Shown one piece after another: positions 9,993 through 19,198 of a stretch of DNA of 33,555 nucleotides. The stretch spans positions 1 through 33,555 of IMG/VR virus record IMGVR_UViG_3300020045_007906, one strand, 5' to 3'. A program made the translations under genes and the position numbers. Positions within the stretch are counted from its first letter, which is position 1. Every line of letters begins with the position of its first letter. The DNA is from a virus (lineage: Duplodnaviria > Caudoviricetes). The notes below the pieces were generated by a model. That model was not told the DNA's origin. It searched no databases and worked only from the letters and a program-made list of their open reading frames with translations.

Positions 9993-10292
9993 ATGACAAA
10001 CAAAATATTAGAAGAAAAAGTAGACCGTTTAGAAAGCCATTTTAAAGTTTATAAGTCAGACATGACAGATGTTAAGGAGGTTACACGAGATATTAGAAAT
10101 CTATTAACTGGCACGGAATTAACAGGCAAAAAAGGAGTAGTTCACTTATTGGAACAACTTGAAAGTAAGGTCGATAAATTGGAAGAAAAACAGATTCTAA
10201 TAGATGATAACATGGCTAATGTTAAGTTTGTTGCAAAGGGGGTAATTACTGCCGTGATAGGATTTTTTATATGGTTATTTCAAAGTAAATAA
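9993..10292 (+). CDS. Coiled-coil protein with C-terminal TM helix (lysis-associated)
   Basis: Heptad-rich body plus GVITAVIGFFIWLF. Confidence 0.55.
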   Translation: MTNKILEEKVDRLESHFKVYKSDMTDVKEVTRDIRNLLTGTELTGKKGVVHLLEQLESKVDKLEEKQILIDDNMANVKFVAKGVITAVIGFFIWLFQSK

Positions 10293-10295
10293 ATT

Positions 10296-10760
10296 ATGAT
10301 AACAACACAAAGCGCAATTAAAAAATACGGTTTTCCAAATGAAAATCCAAACTATTTAACGGTTTTAAATTTACCTTATCCTATGCGTTTAGCTTGGGAT
10401 AAAAACGTTTTTGTAAAAAAAATTACTTGTCATAAATTAGTTAGTGATAAATTAGAATTAATATTTAAAGACATTCTAAATCATTACGGAATTGATAAAG
10501 TAAAAGAGTTAGGAATTGATATCTACGGAGGCTGTTTTAATTTCCGTAAAATGCGAGGCGGAAATGATTATTCACGCCATAGTTGGGGCATAGCTGTCGA
10601 TTTAGACCCTGAAAGAAATCTATTAAAGGAAACATCAAAAACAGCACGTTTCGCAAGACCAGAATATAAACCAATGATTGATATATTTTACAAACATGGT
10701 TTTATTTCATTAGGGCGTGAAAAGAATTATGATTGGATGCACTTCGAAATAAAAGAATAA
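10296..10760 (+). CDS. Endolysin, M15-family peptidase
   Basis: R...[10 protein letters not shown]...DWMHFE zinc-peptidase motifs. Confidence 0.88.
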   Translation: MITTQSAIKKYGFPNENPNYLTVLNLPYPMRLAWDKNVFVKKITCHKLVSDKLELIFKDILNHYGIDKVKELGIDIYGGCFNFRKMRGGNDYSRHSWGIAVDLDPERNLLKETSKTARFARPEYKPMIDIFYKHGFISLGREKNYDWMHFEIKE

Positions 10761-10761
10761 T

Positions 10762-11154
10762 ATGAAATACTTAGCCATTATACTATTATTCATTTCATGC
10801 TCTACTACACGAGATGTTAAGCTAAATAAAAGCACGTTTGAATTAGGGACTATAACAACTAATAACGATGTTGTATTAAAGCAAGAAACTGTCTTAAACG
10901 ATATATTCACAATCAAACCATTTGATAATAGTAAATCAATGTTTTTAAACGGTAAAGAATATAAAAATGTTATAATTACAAAGGATAAAAGCAACCATAA
11001 TATAGTCACAAAAACGATTTATAACAGGCAAACAATTACTAAAACAATTGAGATAACAAAGACTAAGGAAATAAAAAAAACAGACTATACAAGTCTGTTT
11101 TTTATATTGTGTTTATTTGTGTTTTTATGGTTTTATTTACCTAAGGTTAGGTAA
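10762..11154 (+). CDS. Putative unimolecular spanin (lipoprotein)
   Basis: N-terminal lipobox (LLFISC) and C-terminal TM helix; follows endolysin. Confidence 0.6.
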   Translation: MKYLAIILLFISCSTTRDVKLNKSTFELGTITTNNDVVLKQETVLNDIFTIKPFDNSKSMFLNGKEYKNVIITKDKSNHNIVTKTIYNRQTITKTIEITKTKEIKKTDYTSLFFILCLFVFLWFYLPKVR

Positions 11155-11170
11155 ATAAAATGAAAAATAA

Positions 11171-11344
11171 TTATATTTTGTCTCCATAAAGATTGAATCC
11201 TAAATCACTACACACTTTTAAATGATGATTGTATGTTGCTGAATTATCTTTATCTCTAACTAACCAACCATACTCACATAATATTTTATGTAGCCACCAT
11301 CTTAATGGTTTTTTATGCTCTGAACTTACTTTTGACCAAGACAT
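11171..11344 (-). CDS. Hypothetical protein (57 aa, not in ORF track)
   Basis: MSWSKVSSEHKKPLRWWLHKILCEYG...GFNLYGDKI*. Confidence 0.5.
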   Translation of the reverse strand: MSWSKVSSEHKKPLRWWLHKILCEYGWLVRDKDNSATYNHHLKVCSDLGFNLYGDKI

Positions 11345-11372
11345 ATTTTTTATTTTTTAATTATTAAATACA

Positions 11373-11603
11373 TTAATCATTGTAAAAAGAAAGATTATTA
11401 TTAAATACAAATTCTCTTACTTCGAAAAGGCTTTTAAATCCAAAACCTCTATATTTTACAAAAGTGCAACTTCTTGTTTTTAAAATATCTTCTATTGTTA
11501 CAAATCCTATTTTTTCAAAAAGTTTTTTTGTTCTTATTGATAAATCACAATCTGAAATTAAAGTGCTACCGACAATATTGGTTTTTTTTTTATTTTTCTC
11601 CAT
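11373..11603 (-). CDS. Stand-alone RNA polymerase alpha-CTD-like protein
   Basis: DCDLSIRTKKLF..IGFVTIEDIL...YRGFGFKSLFEV resembles the alpha-CTD HhH pattern (LSVRSxNCL...NxGxKSLxEI). Confidence 0.65.
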   Translation of the reverse strand: MEKNKKKTNIVGSTLISDCDLSIRTKKLFEKIGFVTIEDILKTRSCTFVKYRGFGFKSLFEVREFVFNNNLSFYND

Positions 11604-11731
11604 AATTTCTACTTTATTTTTACATTAATTCAAATCCATCTTTCACAATAGTATAACTGTTGAGATTCAATTCTTTTGCGAGTTCTATACTCTTTTCGAG
11701 CGTGTTAATTACTTTTTTCATTTTATTTTAT

Positions 11732-11911
11732 TTAAAAAGGACATTCTTTTTTAACTTTAGGCTTTAAATTTTCATACTCTTTATTTATCTTCTCGCTTAT
11801 TGCATCACGAATAAATTTACCTACATCGACATTATAAGACTTCATTTTTTGTAATGTTTTTAATTGAATTTCTGAAACACAAATAACCTTTGTTTTAGTG
11901 TATTTTTTCAT
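11732..11911 (-). CDS. Small putative ribbon-helix-helix DNA-binding protein (59 aa, not in ORF track)
   Basis: MKKYTKTKVICVSEIQLKTLQKMKSYNVDVGKFIRDAISEKI... Confidence 0.5.
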   Translation of the reverse strand: MKKYTKTKVICVSEIQLKTLQKMKSYNVDVGKFIRDAISEKINKEYENLKPKVKKECPF

Positions 11912-11944
11912 AATTGTAATACATTTATAAGTGTTGGCAAGTAG

Positions 11945-12421
11945 TTACAAGATATTTTGAGAATCGAAGTACAAATCAAAATCTTGCCTAATACTATCTT
12001 TTACTGTATCTGTTGCGGAAAAATAAGAATATGGTTGTTTTATTAATTCAACCTTATTTTTAATGCTTGTCTTTTCATAACCTTCCAACATTTTTTCTTT
12101 AACAAAATCAATTAAACCATCAAATGAAAGCAGTATTTTTAAATATCTATTATTATTATTTTCGTCAACATTTCCATCACCTGAAATTCTTGACTTTAAT
12201 AAACGAATTTGATACTGTGTTTCATTTGCACAACAAGCCAAAATGTAAATATCTTTTTTAGAAAGTTTTTCTTCATTTTCTAAAAAATAATCCATAATAT
12301 AATGTTGAAAAATAGATATTTCTTTGTCTGAAAAAGGCATCCATTCACGTAAGGGAAAAACATCTTGTAACACGTGTTTGGAGCAATGCGGGGTCTGGTC
12401 TTTAATTTTAAGTTCAGGCAT
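11945..12421 (-). CDS. Hypothetical protein in orphan cassette
   Basis: Starts inside the hairpin loop at 12368-12493; stop codon is the TAA of the terminal TAAC. Confidence 0.7.
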   Translation of the reverse strand: MPELKIKDQTPHCSKHVLQDVFPLREWMPFSDKEISIFQHYIMDYFLENEEKLSKKDIYILACCANETQYQIRLLKSRISGDGNVDENNNNRYLKILLSFDGLIDFVKEKMLEGYEKTSIKNKVELIKQPYSYFSATDTVKDSIRQDFDLYFDSQNIL

Positions 12422-12493
12422 ATTTTTAAGTTTTGCGATTAATCGAAAAATGGTGCATTTTTAGCCCGCACTGCTCCAAGCACGGAAACGTTA
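12368..12493 (-). repeat. Orphan attC-like hairpin site (126 bp)
   Basis: Minus strand: TAAC gtttcc GTGCTTGGAGCAGTGCGGG ... CCCGCATTGCTCCAAACAC gt GTTA; same architecture and length as the array sites. Confidence 0.85.
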
Positions 12494-12502
12494 TGCCTCA
12501 TT

Positions 12503-12613
12503 TCAAGAAGCCTTGCAGAAACAATCCGTTTCAAATTCAAATAAATCACATTGTTGTTGCGAAAGTTCGTGTAAATCTTGCGCTTTGGTAAATGGTCTTT
12601 GTGCCATTTCAAC
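12503..12613 (-). pseudogene. Displaced C-terminus of the PAPS-reductase-like gene
   Basis: VEMAQRPFTKAQDLHELSQQQCDLFEFETDCFCKAS*; joins in frame to ..NKSIEELV (15555) through shared TAGTT. Confidence 0.7.
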
Positions 12614-12652
12614 TACAAAAATTACTTTAATTTTTCCTGAGATTTCCATGTT

Positions 12653-13267
12653 TTAAAATTGTTTATTATTATTAATTTTGTTTATATACTCTTTTTTAAT
12701 TTCTTCCGCTTCTATAATCCTATCCCAAATTAAATCGCAAATAGATTCGTCACGGTTAATAATTATTTCGTGCCAATATTCTACGCCCTCGAAAACAATA
12801 TAATTGAAGAAATGTGCCTTAATTCTATTAGTAGCCATCATTTGCATTTGCATTTGATACAAGTATTTTTTATCAATTTCGCCCTCAGCAACTAATTTGA
12901 AAAAAGTGTTTGGTCTTGGGCATTTAATTTCTAAAACAGCATTGTCGCCTACTAAACCATCAGGACTTGCGCCTGCATTTTCTCCTAATTCAATAAAACC
13001 ACACTTTGAAACCTCTATAAAATCTAAAGATTTCAATTCCTTAAACTTATTAAAAGCCAAAGGTTCTAACTCAATACCTCTCTCCATGTCATAAGAAACG
13101 AAATTTTCTTCTAACGTTCCGAAAAGTTCTTCAATAGCTTTTTCAAATGCGTAAGTTTTTCCAGTTTCTCCGAGTCCTTGTTTGCCTATTAATTTATAAA
13201 TTTCAGATGCCGTGAACTTGCCTAATCGCTCGTTATACCATTCGTCTATACGTTGTAATTGTTCCAT
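12653..13267 (-). CDS. YqaJ/lambda-exonuclease family recombination nuclease
   Basis: W...RLGKFTASE, GIELEP, GASPDGLV, LEIKCP, YLYQMQMQM motifs. Confidence 0.9.
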   Translation of the reverse strand: MEQLQRIDEWYNERLGKFTASEIYKLIGKQGLGETGKTYAFEKAIEELFGTLEENFVSYDMERGIELEPLAFNKFKELKSLDFIEVSKCGFIELGENAGASPDGLVGDNAVLEIKCPRPNTFFKLVAEGEIDKKYLYQMQMQMMATNRIKAHFFNYIVFEGVEYWHEIIINRDESICDLIWDRIIEAEEIKKEYINKINNNKQF

Positions 13268-13752
13268 TTTGTTTTAATTTCTTCGGTTAGTATATAATTT
13301 TTTTTTATCTGTTCAATAGTTGCATTTGCTTTTTTTGCACTTTCAAACTTATCCTCCGTAAAATTAGGTTTTACTTTTTCTTTTGGTCGTATTGGTTTTA
13401 TTCTAATTCCGTCAGTTATAGCTCCCATCATTTTAACATTGCGGTCGACATATAACTCTAACTTCATGCCTGCCCAATTTTCTATAACGTGGCATTCTTT
13501 ACCTATCAATCCGTCTTGTTTTGCAAATCCAGCTAATATCTTATTATTAGTTGAGTTTAACTTTAAAGGTTTAACCGCTTCGATAAAATAACAAAAGATA
13601 CCGTCTTGTTTAGTTCCTGAAACATCGACACCTATTTCATGTTTGACGTTTTTAATCGTAAATATTAAAGGTAGTCCGTCCGTTTCCATTGCGTCTAAGT
13701 CAGCACTTGCAAGGTGTGTTGATTTTCTGTATTTTCTCCAGTCTGTTTTCAT
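13246..13752 (-). CDS. Putative single-strand annealing/recombination partner protein
   Basis: Overlaps and precedes the exonuclease; call rests on position only. Confidence 0.45.
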   Translation of the reverse strand: MKTDWRKYRKSTHLASADLDAMETDGLPLIFTIKNVKHEIGVDVSGTKQDGIFCYFIEAVKPLKLNSTNNKILAGFAKQDGLIGKECHVIENWAGMKLELYVDRNVKMMGAITDGIRIKPIRPKEKVKPNFTEDKFESAKKANATIEQIKKNYILTEEIKTKWNNYNV

Positions 13753-13902
13753 AATTTTTATTTATTTTTAGGTTTCCAAAATCCGATTGCGTACTCTTGT
13801 TTTTTAATATATTTTTTATCAAAAAAATGTTGATTTACAACTAAATTCAAAGACTTGTAATTCATTACCATAATAAACTCCCCTTTTCCAAATGTTTCAA
13901 CT

Positions 13903-14127
13903 TTATAATCTTTGCTCATCATTTAATATTTTATAAATTTCTTCTTCGTAATTATGCAATAACTCTTGAATGTCGATTAGATTATCTTCTAATGTTATTT
14001 TATGAACTTCAACATCAGGAAATTCCTCTGGTCCGTGTTGTGTAGCTGGGTAGTATTTACCACTTACTGTATAATAAGCTGTTAAACTTATTCCGTTTAA
14101 ATCAAATGTGTGTGTGTTTAGTTTCAT
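13903..14127 (-). CDS. Hypothetical protein
   Basis: ORF track, 74 aa; PAT..GPEEFP motif seen in small phage proteins. Confidence 0.6.
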   Translation of the reverse strand: MKLNTHTFDLNGISLTAYYTVSGKYYPATQHGPEEFPDVEVHKITLEDNLIDIQELLHNYEEEIYKILNDEQRL

Positions 14128-14462
14128 AATTTTGTATTTTTTAATAATTCAATAAATTCTTGTTCTGTTACTTTATTTTTTTTATAATTAAAAGTTCTCC
14201 AAACATTCCATTTATTAAAAATACTACAATACTCAAAATATTTATATTTAATATCAAATCCATATTTAATTGGCAATCCATTATCAATACATAGCTTTCT
14301 CATTCTATCACATTGCTCCTGTGATTCAATTACTACGTAAGTGTTGTATATTAGCTACTTTATGAAATGCACGTACCATACGGTCATTATCATTTAAGTA
14401 AATGTTATTAATTCTTTTCATCCATTGGTAAAATTTTTCTGTGTTGCTCATGGTTTTAGTTA

Positions 14463-14651
14463 TTAATTATTGTCTATTTTAATTTCTAAAGTTTCTATAT
14501 CTAAAAAATTATATAATTTTGGATTTTTTTTTGCGTTATCTATATGATTTTGTAATTCTTTTTTAGCTGAATCAATATATAATTCGTTTACATAGTTTTT
14601 AAACATCTTACATTTATTTTTGTCTGTTAAATATACTACTACTGTTTTCAT
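14463..14651 (-). CDS. Hypothetical protein
   Basis: First ORF after leftward promoter. Confidence 0.55.
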   Translation of the reverse strand: MKTVVVYLTDKNKCKMFKNYVNELYIDSAKKELQNHIDNAKKNPKLYNFLDIETLEIKIDNN

Positions 14652-14676
14652 AATTTCTTTGTTTTAAATTGTTTGA

Positions 14677-14779
14677 CAAATATACAACTAAATTTTAATA
14701 ATACAACATTATGATGATATTTATAATAATTCTAAATTAGATTAGTTTGTGAATTATATACTTATATGTTGTATATTTG
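14677..14779. promoter_or_regulatory. Divergent Bacteroidota-type promoters
   Basis: GTTG-TATATTTG-T on minus strand (core 14677-14684) and plus strand (core 14772-14779), matching the TAnnTTTG -7 consensus. Confidence 0.65.
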
Positions 14780-14832
14780 TTGAAATTAATAATTATAAAA
14801 AATAAATGAATTGAAACTTAAATTAAAAAAGT

Positions 14833-15555
14833 ATGAATAAGTTATATGTAATATTGTTCTCAGGCGGGCGTACTTCTGCATTTTTAGCAAAGTATATGAA
14901 AGAAAACCCACGTTATAAAAACTGCATTTTTGTTTTTATGAATACTGGTAAAGAGCGTGAAGAAACTTTGAAGTTCATAAATCAATGCGACCACTCATTT
15001 GGATTAAATGTTATTTAGCTTGAAGCAGTTGTTAATAATGAAAAAGGAAAAGGTACAACTTACAAAGAGCAGTATTATGCAACCGCTTCAAGAAATGTGG
15101 AGCCATTTGAAGCAATGTTAAAAAAATATCCTTTGCCTAACAATATGGCTTCTAACTGCACAATAGAGTTAAAACAAAGACCTATTGATGCTTATTTGCG
15201 TGATAACTACAAAGGATATGATATTATCAAAGTAGTAGGAATAAGAGCAGACGAAGCTCATAGAAAAAGTGTAAACGCTGAAATTGAAAAAGTGATTTAT
15301 CCTTTATGTGATGAAGTAAAAATTGATAGCAGATTTATTCGTAAATGGTGGGAACAGCAAAGTTTTGATTTACAATTAAAAGACTATCAGGGTAATTGTG
15401 ATTTGTGTTTTAAAAAGTCATTAAAAAAAAGATTGACAATTATAAAAGAAAATCCTGAAAGTGCTAAATGGTGGCTTGAAATGGAACAAAAATATAGTTC
15501 CGAAGAAATACCAAGATTTGATTTAAGAACAAATAAAAGCATTGAGGAATTAGTT
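14833..15555 (+). pseudogene. PAPS-reductase-like (PP-loop) gene with internal TAG and truncated by inversion
   Basis: FSGGRTS, NTGKE, CT.ELK, GIRADE, GNCDLCF motifs all in one frame; TAG at 15016-15018; C-terminus located at 12503-12613 on the minus strand. Confidence 0.8.
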
Positions 15556-15645
15556 TTACAACATCGAGGACTAGCGATATCAACAACTTAATAAATTGCC
15601 AATCGTTTAAAGACTAGTCCCTTTTTTCGGTTGGCTTTTTGTATT

Positions 15646-16101
15646 ATGACAAGATTAGAAAAATGTGAATTAGCAGTTGAAAAAGGATTTACTTACAATT
15701 CAGAAACGGGACAAGTAAAAACTCCTTTAGGAAAAATAGTAATTAATAAAACAGTAAATGGCTATTTAAGATTGTCAATATGGTATGAAAAACATAGATT
15801 TTCTCTGCTTTGCCACCAGTTCGCATATTTTATTCTTTACAATGAAATAGTAGATTGTATCGACCATATTAATAGAATTAAGACAGACAACAAGCCTGAA
15901 AATCTAAGAAGCGTTACAAAAAGTCAAAACGCAATGAATATGTCTGGAGAAAAAGGGGTTAGTCTATGTAAAAGAACTAATAAATGGCAGTCATATATAA
16001 TGCTTAATTATAAAAAAAAGTTTTTAGGTAGTTTTGAAACAAAGGATGAGGCTTTGAAATGCTATTTAGAAAATAAAGAAAAATATCATATTATTAATTA
16101 A
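15646..16101 (+). CDS. HNH endonuclease with AP2-like C-terminal domain
   Basis: IDHINRIKTDNKPENLR; KGVS...KWQSYI...FLGSFETKDEA; ATG 15646 more likely than TTG 15631. Confidence 0.85.
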   Translation: MTRLEKCELAVEKGFTYNSETGQVKTPLGKIVINKTVNGYLRLSIWYEKHRFSLLCHQFAYFILYNEIVDCIDHINRIKTDNKPENLRSVTKSQNAMNMSGEKGVSLCKRTNKWQSYIMLNYKKKFLGSFETKDEALKCYLENKEKYHIIN

Positions 16102-16116
16102 AACAAAAATAGAATT

Positions 16117-16476
16117 ATGCAAATTACAGGGATTATTGAAAAGGTATTACCGTTAGAATTAGGAGTCACAAAATCTGGGGCAGATTGGCAAAAGCAAAAC
16201 TTTATCGTTACTAATAATGATGGTTATGACGGTAAAAAACAAATATTTTGTTTTGAGATATTTGGAGAGGAAAAAGTGCAAAACTTTAATAAATTTAACA
16301 AAGTTGGGGATAGCGTAAAAGTTGATTTTAATATTTCCACAAACGAATGGAAAGATAAATATTTCACATCATTACAAGGCTGGAAAATTAGTAAATCGGA
16401 ATCAACTTCAGTGTTACCAGAAAAAGAAAATGAATATAAAATACAGGAAGAAGTTGAAGATAACTTACCATTCTAA
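16117..16476 (+). CDS. DUF3127-like single-stranded DNA-binding protein
   Basis: WQKQNF...FEIFG...V.FNI...EWKDKYFTSLQGWKI and acidic tail EDNLPF. Confidence 0.8.
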   Translation: MQITGIIEKVLPLELGVTKSGADWQKQNFIVTNNDGYDGKKQIFCFEIFGEEKVQNFNKFNKVGDSVKVDFNISTNEWKDKYFTSLQGWKISKSESTSVLPEKENEYKIQEEVEDNLPF

Positions 16477-16493
16477 TTTATTCACCCACTTAT

Positions 16494-16520
16494 TAACCCA
16501 CTTTAAACGGTGGGTTTTTA
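16494..16520 (+). terminator. Intrinsic terminator
   Basis: AACCCAC-tttaaacg-GTGGGTT followed by T-rich run. Confidence 0.6.
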
Positions 16521-16604
16521 TTTAGAATTAATATAAATTATATCATTATGTTATATCAATTGATATAAAGACTATCTTTGAGAAAATTAAATAAATCATA
16601 AATT

Positions 16605-16982
16605 ATGAAAAGAGAAATTAAATTTAGAGTTTACGATTCTATTTCAAAAAAGATGTTTGAATGGTATCAAATAAAAACAATTGCATTAACAGAATTCTCC
16701 AGTATAGATAGAGAACATTATAACCTAATGCAATTCACAGGATTAAAAGACAAAAACGGTATTGATATTTATGAGGGAGATATTTTTTCTAAAATATGGA
16801 AGGCTGAAGTTTATAAAGATATTACAGGTGCGTATATGATTAAATTCCATACTAATCCAAAAATAAACAAACCCTTAACTCTTTATAAATATTTAAAAAA
16901 TAGAGAGCGTGCAGGAACAGATGATAGAGACTGCATTGTTATCGGAAACATTTACGAAAACCCAGAACTTTTAAATAAATAG
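16605..16982 (+). CDS. YopX-family protein
   Basis: REIKFR...MQFTGLKDKNGIDIYEGDI...VIGNIYENPELL. Confidence 0.9.
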   Translation: MKREIKFRVYDSISKKMFEWYQIKTIALTEFSSIDREHYNLMQFTGLKDKNGIDIYEGDIFSKIWKAEVYKDITGAYMIKFHTNPKINKPLTLYKYLKNRERAGTDDRDCIVIGNIYENPELLNK

Positions 16983-16987
16983 AAATT

Positions 16988-17182
16988 ATGACACCAAAAG
17001 AAAAAGCAAAAGATTTATTAGATAAATTTAGCCCAATATTACTTTTTTATTCGACAATGTATAATGTGAATAAATCTAAACAATGCGCTTTAATAGCAGT
17101 TGATGAAATTATAAGTGATAACGCATCAATTTACAGTCAAAAATACTGGCAAGAAGTTAAACAAGAAATAGAAAAATTATAA
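16988..17182 (+). CDS. Hypothetical phage protein
   Basis: MTPKEKAKDL...KQCALIAVDEI...YWQEVKQEIEKL. Confidence 0.7.
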   Translation: MTPKEKAKDLLDKFSPILLFYSTMYNVNKSKQCALIAVDEIISDNASIYSQKYWQEVKQEIEKL

Positions 17183-17184
17183 CA

Positions 17185-17391
17185 ATGAATCAAAACCAAA
17201 CAATACTAAAAAAACTGATTAAAATATCAGGACTTACACAAAAAAAATACGCTGAATTTCACAATATATCAGCTCAGAAATTATCTAATTGGGTAACTGG
17301 TTATAGAAATATACAGTTTTGCACATTAGAATTATTAGCCTTTGAAGATGGCTACAATATTAAAATTAATTATAAAATAGAAAAATTATGA
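17185..17391 (+). CDS. XRE-family HTH protein
   Basis: GLTQKKYAEFHNISAQKLSNWVTG. Confidence 0.75.
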   Translation: MNQNQTILKKLIKISGLTQKKYAEFHNISAQKLSNWVTGYRNIQFCTLELLAFEDGYNIKINYKIEKL

Positions 17392-17609
17392 AATTAAGAG
17401 AAAAATTTAAAACAGAATTTAGCATAAATACAAGTGGTGAGTCCGGAAGATTTGCTGATAAGTGCGAAAAAATATCTGATGAGTTTGCTATTGGGTTTGC
17501 TGAGTGGATGCTTGGAAATAATAATGAATATTCATTTATTAATTCAAAAGACCCTTTAGAAATTATCAAACAGTTATTACAAATCTACAAAAAAGAAAAA
17601 GACTTATGA
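17388..17609 (+). CDS. Hypothetical protein
   Basis: ORF track; ATGA-coupled on both sides. Confidence 0.65.
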   Translation: MKLREKFKTEFSINTSGESGRFADKCEKISDEFAIGFAEWMLGNNNEYSFINSKDPLEIIKQLLQIYKKEKDL

Positions 17610-17785
17610 AACCATGCTCAATAGTTGAATCGGTTAGAAAGCAATTATTAGACCGTTCTAACGTAGGATTATTAAAATACGGTGTAACATTAGATAGAGA
17701 TGATTTAAGTTTATTAGATTGGTTAGAACACGCTAAACAGGAACAAATGGACAGTGTTTTATACTTAGAAAAAATAATACAATAA
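17606..17785 (+). CDS. Small phage protein, possibly MazG-like/nucleotide-metabolism (59 aa, not in ORF track)
   Basis: KYGVTLDRDDLSLLDWLEHAKQEQMDSVLYLEK. Confidence 0.55.
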   Translation: MKPCSIVESVRKQLLDRSNVGLLKYGVTLDRDDLSLLDWLEHAKQEQMDSVLYLEKIIQ

Positions 17786-17922
17786 CTTAGAAAAAATGGA
17801 AACTAATTTTACAAAAGTAATACAATCCTATAATATAACTATAAACTGCTACAAAAAAGGAAGTTTAAAATATAAAGAATATTGCAAGCTTAAATTTGAA
17901 TTTATTAAAAATTATGGAAATT

Positions 17923-18270
17923 ATGAAAAATAAAGAAACATTAGAAGAAGCTTCAGTAAATTTTGCACACAATTATTTTGAAATGCACGAAAGTAATAAT
18001 TATCAAGCATTGAAATTAGGTTTTAAAGAGGGCGCAAAATAGCAAGCTGAAAGAAGTTATAGCGAGGAAGAAGTGTTAGAAATATTAAATAAACTTGGAT
18101 GGAGTGTTTATGTATGTTATTCTGGTAATACCCCAATATCTGAATGGATGTTAAGTGCTTTTCAACAATTTAAAAAACCAAACACTTGGTACAACGAGGA
18201 ACAAACTAACAAAAGAATGAATGTTATCGGTCAGAACGGAAACGATGGAACTCACTATGAAACTAAATAA
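17923..18270 (+). pseudogene. Hypothetical phage gene with internal TAG
   Basis: MKNKETLEEA...GFKEGAK*QAERSYSEEEV...; TAG 18040-18042 in frame with ORF 18073-18270. Confidence 0.6.
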
Positions 18271-18273
18271 ATT

Positions 18274-19161
18274 ATGAAAAAATACGATTATTTAAACCCC
18301 GAAATTATCGAAAAAATCAAGGAAAATAAAAATAATACTCAAATAGCAAATGAATTATTGCCTGATGGAAATTATAAAGATTTAGATTGTTTACGTAAAC
18401 AGGTAGCTTTTGTTAAAAAAAATAGCGATTCTTTAATATTAGATACTCCTATTTTTAATAATAAAAAAACAAATAAAAGTCAAGCCTTAGAAGTATACCA
18501 AAATGGAAACATTGATAATATTTTAATAATTGGGGATTTACACGCACCGTTTACAAAATATGGTTATTTGAAATTTTGTAGAGAACAACAAGAGATACAC
18601 GATTGCGGTACTGTTATTTTTATAGGCGATGTAATAGATAATCATTATTCAAGTTATCACGAAAGCGACCCTGACGGATACGGAGCTGGTGAGGAATTAG
18701 ACAGGGCGATTGATATGATTTCAGACTGGTATCATACGTTCCCAAAAGCGACTGTTATAATAGGAAATCATGATAGATTAGTTTACAGAAAGGCTTATAG
18801 TTCTGGAGTTTCTAAGAAGTGGATACGTGAATATAAAGAAGTTTTAAACACTTCAGGATGGGATTTTGTAGAAAATATAGAAATACACGGAATTAATTTC
18901 AATCATGGTGAGGGTGGTACTGCAAGAAATAGAATTAAAAGCGAATTACAAAGTCAAGTACAAGGACATTTACATACACAATTGTATAATGATTTTTTAG
19001 TAGGGGCAAATTTTATAGTATTTGGTATGCAAGTAGGTTGCGGTATTGACATTAAAAGTTATGCTATGGCTTATGGAAAACACTATAAAAAGCCTGCTAT
19101 CGGTTGCGGTGTAGTTTTAAATAAAGGAACTTTGCCTATTGCAATACCTATGAAAATGTAA
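18274..19161 (+). CDS. Calcineurin-like metallophosphoesterase
   Basis: GDLH, GDVID, GNHD, HG, GHLH motifs. Confidence 0.9.
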   Translation: MKKYDYLNPEIIEKIKENKNNTQIANELLPDGNYKDLDCLRKQVAFVKKNSDSLILDTPIFNNKKTNKSQALEVYQNGNIDNILIIGDLHAPFTKYGYLKFCREQQEIHDCGTVIFIGDVIDNHYSSYHESDPDGYGAGEELDRAIDMISDWYHTFPKATVIIGNHDRLVYRKAYSSGVSKKWIREYKEVLNTSGWDFVENIEIHGINFNHGEGGTARNRIKSELQSQVQGHLHTQLYNDFLVGANFIVFGMQVGCGIDIKSYAMAYGKHYKKPAIGCGVVLNKGTLPIAIPMKM

Positions 19162-19198
19162 CAAACAAAAAACTATTAACAATTATATATTTTAAATC

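Noticed and set aside
894-13094. Short antisense or alternative-frame ORFs in the track (894-1079, 1331-1600, 3021-3212, 4954-5148, 6211-6402, 7038-7355, 8909-9097, 9644-9838, 10710-11009, 12897-13094)
   Set aside because: Shadows overlapping better-supported genes, with no recognisable motifs
14833-18270. Genome-wide TAG recoding
   Set aside because: Many intact genes end at TAG at sensible boundaries (1508, 22616, 22996, 24614, 25600) and long genes have no internal TAG
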